The translations under genes were made by a program, and so were the position numbers. DNA of 7,514 nt from a virus, in the IMG/VR virus record IMGVR_UViG_3300007517_000068, positions 1 to 7,514 of that record; one strand, 5' to 3'. Below the pieces are notes generated by a model that was given only the letters and a program-made list of their open reading frames with translations, made no database searches and was not told the DNA's origin. Positions 4,312-7,514 of the stretch are shown piece by piece. Within the stretch, counting starts at the first letter, position 1, and each line of letters begins with the position of its first letter.

Positions 4312-5972
4312 TGAAAAGAGACTCAATTAAGTGCAGCTCAACGATGTATCTTCGTTGGGTCTCTATCATTCCATTTTTGCTGCCTATTGCCGTATTTCCT
4401 CAGGCTCTGCCAAGTGTAGCGTTTCCGCTAACCACAATCGGCACTGTAACCACCTTCGGCCCATTAACTGCTGACGCAACAAACGCGTCTCGATTTACCT
4501 TTGGTGCCGCGTCCAATGGTGCAATATTTGCCAACGCAGACGGTTTCAAGCCGACTGCTGGCGGTGCGTCTATACCTGTCAACGTCTCCTCCGCCATCAA
4601 TCCCAGCGCGGCCCGTGCTGCTATTGGCAACTTTGTTAAAAGGGTTGCCCCCCCCCTGATCCTGGCCTCCGCAGCCGTTGACCTCGCACGTGAGCTTGGA
4701 TGGGGTGTGTCTCCTCCTCTTGTTCCCGGTGGACCCCTCCAGCTTGTTCGCCCTGGCGGCAACACCACCAATCTTGAATGGGGACCACCCGCCGATCCGA
4801 ACTTTTGGGGCACGCCTTTGGAAGCGTACGCCCGGCAAGTGTCTCTAATGGCCAATTCATTCATCCGTACTGGCTTAGTCGTGGTCCCTCTTACTGGCGG
4901 TGGATTTAACGGTACTCACACCGCTTGTCTGCCCCCGCCAGATTCTCTTTGTCACGCTAATCAAGGGTCAACGAATATCACCCGGAACCGGACCCGTACC
5001 CCTCCGACTCAAAACGAACTTGGTGATGCAATCATCGCGTCGGTTCCCACTCCCGCGTCATTCGCTCCAGCCCTTCGTGACGCTGTTACTGCCGGTGATT
5101 CTGTGCCGGTTGCCCCTACCGCTGTCACCGGTCCTGCCTCGTCAACCTCCCCTTCAACTGTTGCCCCTGGTCCGAACGTCGGAAGCGACCCGACCACAAT
5201 TACAACCACCACTCAGTCCGGTCACACCTACTCGCCTTCCGCCCCGACGGTAACCACAACGACTACAGATACAGCTATCCGCCGCCGCACCTCCGATGGT
5301 GTAGAGGTTGACCGTGTTATCACCGTCGATGGCATACCTATCACTGTCCCAAACCCAAATTTTGTGCCCACGCCCCCACCGGCACCGGCACCGTCACCGG
5401 CACCAGCACCAGCGCCAGCGCCAGCACCAGCGCCAGCACCAGCGCCAGCGCCAGCACCAGCGCCAGCGCCAGCACCAGCGCCAGCACCAGCGCCAGCACC
5501 AGCACCAGCACCAGCACCAGCGCCAGCACCAGCGCCAGCACCAGCACCAGCACCAGCACCAGCACCAGCACCAGCACCAGCACCTGCGCCTGCACCAGCA
5601 CCTGCGCCAGCGCCTGAGCCTCTTCCCTTTGAGCTGCCCTGTGGTGTTCTCGGCAAACCTCCTTGCAATGTAAAAATCGACGAGGCTGGCACGCCGCCTA
5701 TTCCAGCGCGTCCCCTTGGCGCTGCTGAGGATTTGATCATTTCCGAGAGAGCCGTTTCTGAGGCTGCAATTGATCAAGCTGAGGACATTCTTATCCCCGC
5801 CTGGACGTGGACCTTCCAACTCCCAACAGGTTGTGCAAGTTTGCCTATGTGGGGTGTTATTGTTATCGATCCTTGCCAGTATCAGGGTATTATCCATGAT
5901 CTAATGTCTATGATTTGGGCGATTACTGGTGTGTTTGGTTTGTTTGCTATCCTTCGAATGGGAGTCCATTAA
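4311..5972 (+). CDS. Adsorption / minor coat protein (gene III equivalent) with Thr-rich and Pro-Ala linkers
   Basis: The 553-aa ORF starts at a TAATG overlap with the coat gene and has an N-terminal hydrophobic signal-like segment. Its layout is modular: N domain, Thr/Ser/Pro-rich stretch, (PA)n linker, C domain. The C-terminus FQLPTGC...VIDPC...IWAITGVFGLFAIL parallels the remembered Ff pIII C-terminal C...IDC plus membrane-anchor layout. Confidence 0.85.
   Translation: MKRDSIKCSSTMYLRWVSIIPFLLPIAVFPQALPSVAFPLTTIGTVTTFGPLTADATNASRFTFGAASNGAIFANADGFKPTAGGASIPVNVSSAINPSAARAAIGNFVKRVAPPLILASAAVDLARELGWGVSPPLVPGGPLQLVRPGGNTTNLEWGPPADPNFWGTPLEAYARQVSLMANSFIRTGLVVVPLTGGGFNGTHTACLPPPDSLCHANQGSTNITRNRTRTPPTQNELGDAIIASVPTPASFAPALRDAVTAGDSVPVAPTAVTGPASSTSPSTVAPGPNVGSDPTTITTTTQSGHTYSPSAPTVTTTTTDTAIRRRTSDGVEVDRVITVDGIPITVPNPNFVPTPPPAPAPSPAPAPAPAPAPAPAPAPAPAPAPAPAPAPAPAPAPAPAPAPAPAPAPAPAPAPAPAPAPAPAPAPAPAPAPAPEPLPFELPCGVLGKPPCNVKIDEAGTPPIPARPLGAAEDLIISERAVSEAAIDQAEDILIPAWTWTFQLPTGCASLPMWGVIVIDPCQYQGIIHDLMSMIWAITGVFGLFAILRMGVH
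5379..5615 (+). repeat. Hexanucleotide (CCR-GCN) microsatellite encoding a 79-residue Pro-Ala tract
   Basis: Uninterrupted ccn-gcn codon pairs (mostly cca gca / cca gcg) run from 5379 to 5615 in the pIII frame, with one Ser substitution. Confidence 0.95.
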
Positions 5973-6292
5973 TGCCTATTTTTGCTGCATTGTTTAGCGC
6001 TGTTTCCGGCGCATTTGGTATTCTTATTGCAAAGATGTTTGCAGCAAGAATATCTATTCGAGCCGTGGGTGTCGCTGCGCTCATAGCGTTAACGCTTGGT
6101 CTTGTCGTTGCTTTTAATCTTGCCATTGCTCCGTTTGTGCAGGCTGTGTTCTCAACTCAGTACGGCCAATTCCTTGGCTTGTTGTTTCCGCCCATTGCTG
6201 GATCAGTTGTTGCCGCGCTTATGGCTTTTTGGCTCGTTGTTATGACCTACCGCCTCCAGACGCGCGTCGTCTCTCTTACGGCCAGCGTCTAA
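5972..6292 (+). CDS. Hydrophobic minor coat protein (gene VI equivalent), 106 aa
   Basis: The ORF-track ORF 5915..6292 is trimmed to the ATG at 5972. That ATG overlaps the pIII stop (TAATG) and has GGAG (5961-5964) 7 nt upstream. The product is strongly hydrophobic with multiple TM segments, and its size and position match pVI. Confidence 0.7.
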   Translation: MPIFAALFSAVSGAFGILIAKMFAARISIRAVGVAALIALTLGLVVAFNLAIAPFVQAVFSTQYGQFLGLLFPPIAGSVVAALMAFWLVVMTYRLQTRVVSLTASV

Positions 6293-6298
6293 GTCTCA

Positions 6299-6319
6299 AA
6301 CCCCGCACGCGGCGGGGTT
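6299..6319 (+). terminator. ACGCR-pentaloop hairpin, copy 3 of 3 (possible T-tract-less terminator or attenuator)
   Basis: aaccccgc-acgcg-gcggggtt forms a perfect 8-bp stem. It starts 7 nt after the pVI-like stop. Confidence 0.45.
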
Positions 6320-6454
6320 CCGCAATGTCTCTGCGTTAGGGATCGTTACCCGAAGGGCTGAGACAATGTAATCATTGGCTCAGTGCGCAGCATAGAGCCC
6401 GGGTGGCTTTAGCCACAACGCCCTATTCCTTCACCAATTAATCCATAAAAAATC

Positions 6455-7354
6455 ATGGCTGTTTATTTAGTTCAGGGAAAATTAGGCACTGGTAAATCTA
6501 AATTCTGTGTGTGGGTTGCAAAGATTGCTATTTATTACGGTCGGCGTGTAGCTGGGAATCTTGATATTCATGTTGAGAAGTTATCGCCCAGTAAACCAAA
6601 AGGTTATGTTAGGTTACCAGATAAACCAACCTCATTCGATTTGAATGCAATTGGCCACGGCAATCCTGATACCTATGACGAGTCCAGAAATGGTGTCTTG
6701 ATCCTGGATGAACTGGGAACGTGGCTCAATTCTCGATCTTTTCAGGATAAAAACAGGGCTGACTTATTGGATTGGCTCATTCATGCCAGGAAAAAGGGTT
6801 GGGATGTTTATTTGATTGTGCAAGATGCAATGATGATTGATAAGCAGGTCAGGGAAGCATTGGTTGAATACACGGCAACCTGTTTGCGCATGGACAAGGT
6901 GAAAATCCCTTTTGTCGGTGGAATCCTCAATTCTTTGGCTGAAACATTTAATGCATTAGCTGGCATTCGTAAGCAATCCAAGTTCGGCTATTTGCCATTT
7001 TTTCACTTGGTCGTTGCTAGAATAGGTTCGGGCTCTCAGCAAGTTGTCGCTGAGCGATGGACGTACATCGGTCGAGATTTGCACGATATGTATGACACTC
7101 GGCAGATATTCCAGAGCGATTATCCTCATGGTTCTTTTTGCGTTTTGCCTCCATGGGATTACGTAATTCCGACAACTTGGCTCCAGCGGTTTTTGGCTGC
7201 TCGATCCGCCGGGCGGCGCGCTGTGCGCGCTCCCTATCCCCGCGTCCGTTCCCCGATGGTTGAGGGATTGGCCAGCATTGATGACCGTGATGTTCGTTGG
7301 AGGCTTGCTAGGGCCGTCACCTTGACCCGACGCGACGAGGGCTCACCCCCCTAG
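6455..7354 (+). CDS. pI/Zot-family assembly ATPase (gene I equivalent), apparently lacking the TM and periplasmic part
   Basis: The N-terminus MAVYLVQGKLGTGKSKF closely resembles the remembered Ff pI start MAVYFVTGKLGSGKT (Walker A). Further collinear blocks are RLPDKP, NGVLILDELGTW (Walker B), LDWLIHARKKGWDVYLIVQD, IDKQVREAL, IPFVGG and ERWTY.G..L..MYDTRQ.F. Similarity ends near aa 230. The remaining 70 aa are Arg-rich with no hydrophobic segment and end at the TAG of a repeat unit. Confidence 0.9.
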   Translation: MAVYLVQGKLGTGKSKFCVWVAKIAIYYGRRVAGNLDIHVEKLSPSKPKGYVRLPDKPTSFDLNAIGHGNPDTYDESRNGVLILDELGTWLNSRSFQDKNRADLLDWLIHARKKGWDVYLIVQDAMMIDKQVREALVEYTATCLRMDKVKIPFVGGILNSLAETFNALAGIRKQSKFGYLPFFHLVVARIGSGSQQVVAERWTYIGRDLHDMYDTRQIFQSDYPHGSFCVLPPWDYVIPTTWLQRFLAARSAGRRAVRAPYPRVRSPMVEGLASIDDRDVRWRLARAVTLTRRDEGSPP

Positions 7355-7514
7355 GCCGTCAGGGCCGTCTCGATGACTCCCGACGCGACCAGGGCTCACC
7401 CCCCTAGGCCGTCAGGGCCGTCTCGATGACTCCCGACGCGACCAGGGCGCACCCCCCTAGGCCGTCAGGGCCGTCTCGATGACTCCCGACGCGACCAGGG
7501 CGCACCCCCCTAGG
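7313..7514. repeat. The same 53-bp tandem array: a degenerate 43-bp edge unit (7313-7355) plus 3 full units (7356, 7409, 7462)
   Basis: Direct reading shows that the unit at 7356 has a single G>T change and that the units at 7409 and 7462 equal the consensus. The window ends exactly at a unit boundary, in phase with position 1. The degenerate unit forms the last codons of the pI/Zot ORF. Confidence 0.96.

Larger units (their letters stand above)
1..7514 (+). mobile_element. Filamentous phage (Inoviridae-like) genome or episome, apparently complete and circularly permuted
   Basis: Size is about 7.5 kb. The gene order Rep - ssDNA-binding - tiny hydrophobic ORFs - major coat (signal peptide, hydrophobic core, basic tail) - large adsorption protein - pVI-like - pI/Zot P-loop ATPase matches Ff/CTXphi-type phages. 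Almost all genes lie on one strand with overlapping stop/start codons. The window ends lie in phase within the same 53-bp repeat. Confidence 0.88.

Noticed and set aside
3994-4326. Minus-strand ORF 3994..4326 (110 aa)
   Set aside because: It is antisense to the major coat protein gene, whose signal peptide, hydrophobic core and basic tail make the plus-strand reading far more convincing.
4303-4330. dif-like XerC half-site CGCATAATG at the coat/pIII junction, and ATGTATAT at 1928-1935 resembling the dif core
   Set aside because: Only one arm or only the central 8-mer matches. The expected XerD arm (TTATGTTAAAT-like) is absent in both places. The first site is coding sequence and the second is explained by the promoter and SD context.
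5228-5897. Minus-strand and off-frame ORFs across the PA tract: 5228..5740 (GA)n, 5341..5601 (LV)n, 5394..5897 (WC/RW)n and 5308..5673 (QH/QR)n
   Set aside because: These are artefacts of an uninterrupted hexanucleotide repeat that lacks stops in several frames. They are low-complexity translations, and the plus-frame pIII reading explains the region.
5915-5971. The longer N-terminal extension of the pVI-like ORF (start at 5915)
   Set aside because: The extension lies inside the pIII C-terminal coding region. The ATG at 5972 has a GGAG SD and the TAATG coupling pattern used elsewhere in this operon.
7143-7330. A frameshifted continuation of pI/Zot supplying the missing TM segment
   Set aside because: I translated both alternative plus frames by hand. 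One stops at 7164-7166 and afterwards yields only a short MTVMFVGGLLG stretch before a stop. The other stops by about 7270. Neither gives a credible TM plus periplasmic domain.

Overview
The window reads as an essentially complete filamentous-phage (inovirus-like) genome or episome of about 7.5 kb, linearised inside its own tandem-repeat array. The plus-strand gene order is collinear with Ff and CTXphi-type phages. In order: KfrA-like DNA-binding gene, non-coding gap, HTH repressor (minus strand), operator region, small Cys-rich ORF, rolling-circle Rep, gV-like ssDNA-binding protein. These are followed by a small lipoprotein, two tiny hydrophobic minor-coat-like ORFs, major coat protein, pIII-like adsorption protein, pVI-like protein and pI/Zot assembly ATPase. 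Many gene junctions overlap (GTGA, ATGA, TGATG, TAATG), which suggests translational coupling. No integrase, transposase or pIV secretin gene is present. Six things stand out. (1) A 53-bp tandem array occupies both window ends in phase, with about 10 units across the junction. It is closed in all six frames and sits between the pI/Zot stop codon and an intrinsic terminator, next to the plasmid-type KfrA-like gene. (2) The pI/Zot gene keeps only the cytoplasmic ATPase domain. Its expected TM and periplasmic part is replaced at an abrupt GC jump by a tail that decays into the repeat array. (3) The late module is compositionally foreign, at roughly 37-50% GC against about 70% in the replication module. 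(4) Three plus-strand hairpins share an ACGCR pentaloop and have covarying 8-bp stems, and they lie at module boundaries. (5) A 79-residue Pro-Ala linker in pIII is encoded by a hexanucleotide microsatellite. (6) A lipobox mini-ORF lies inside the structural operon. All family assignments come from motif recognition by eye, since no searches could be run.
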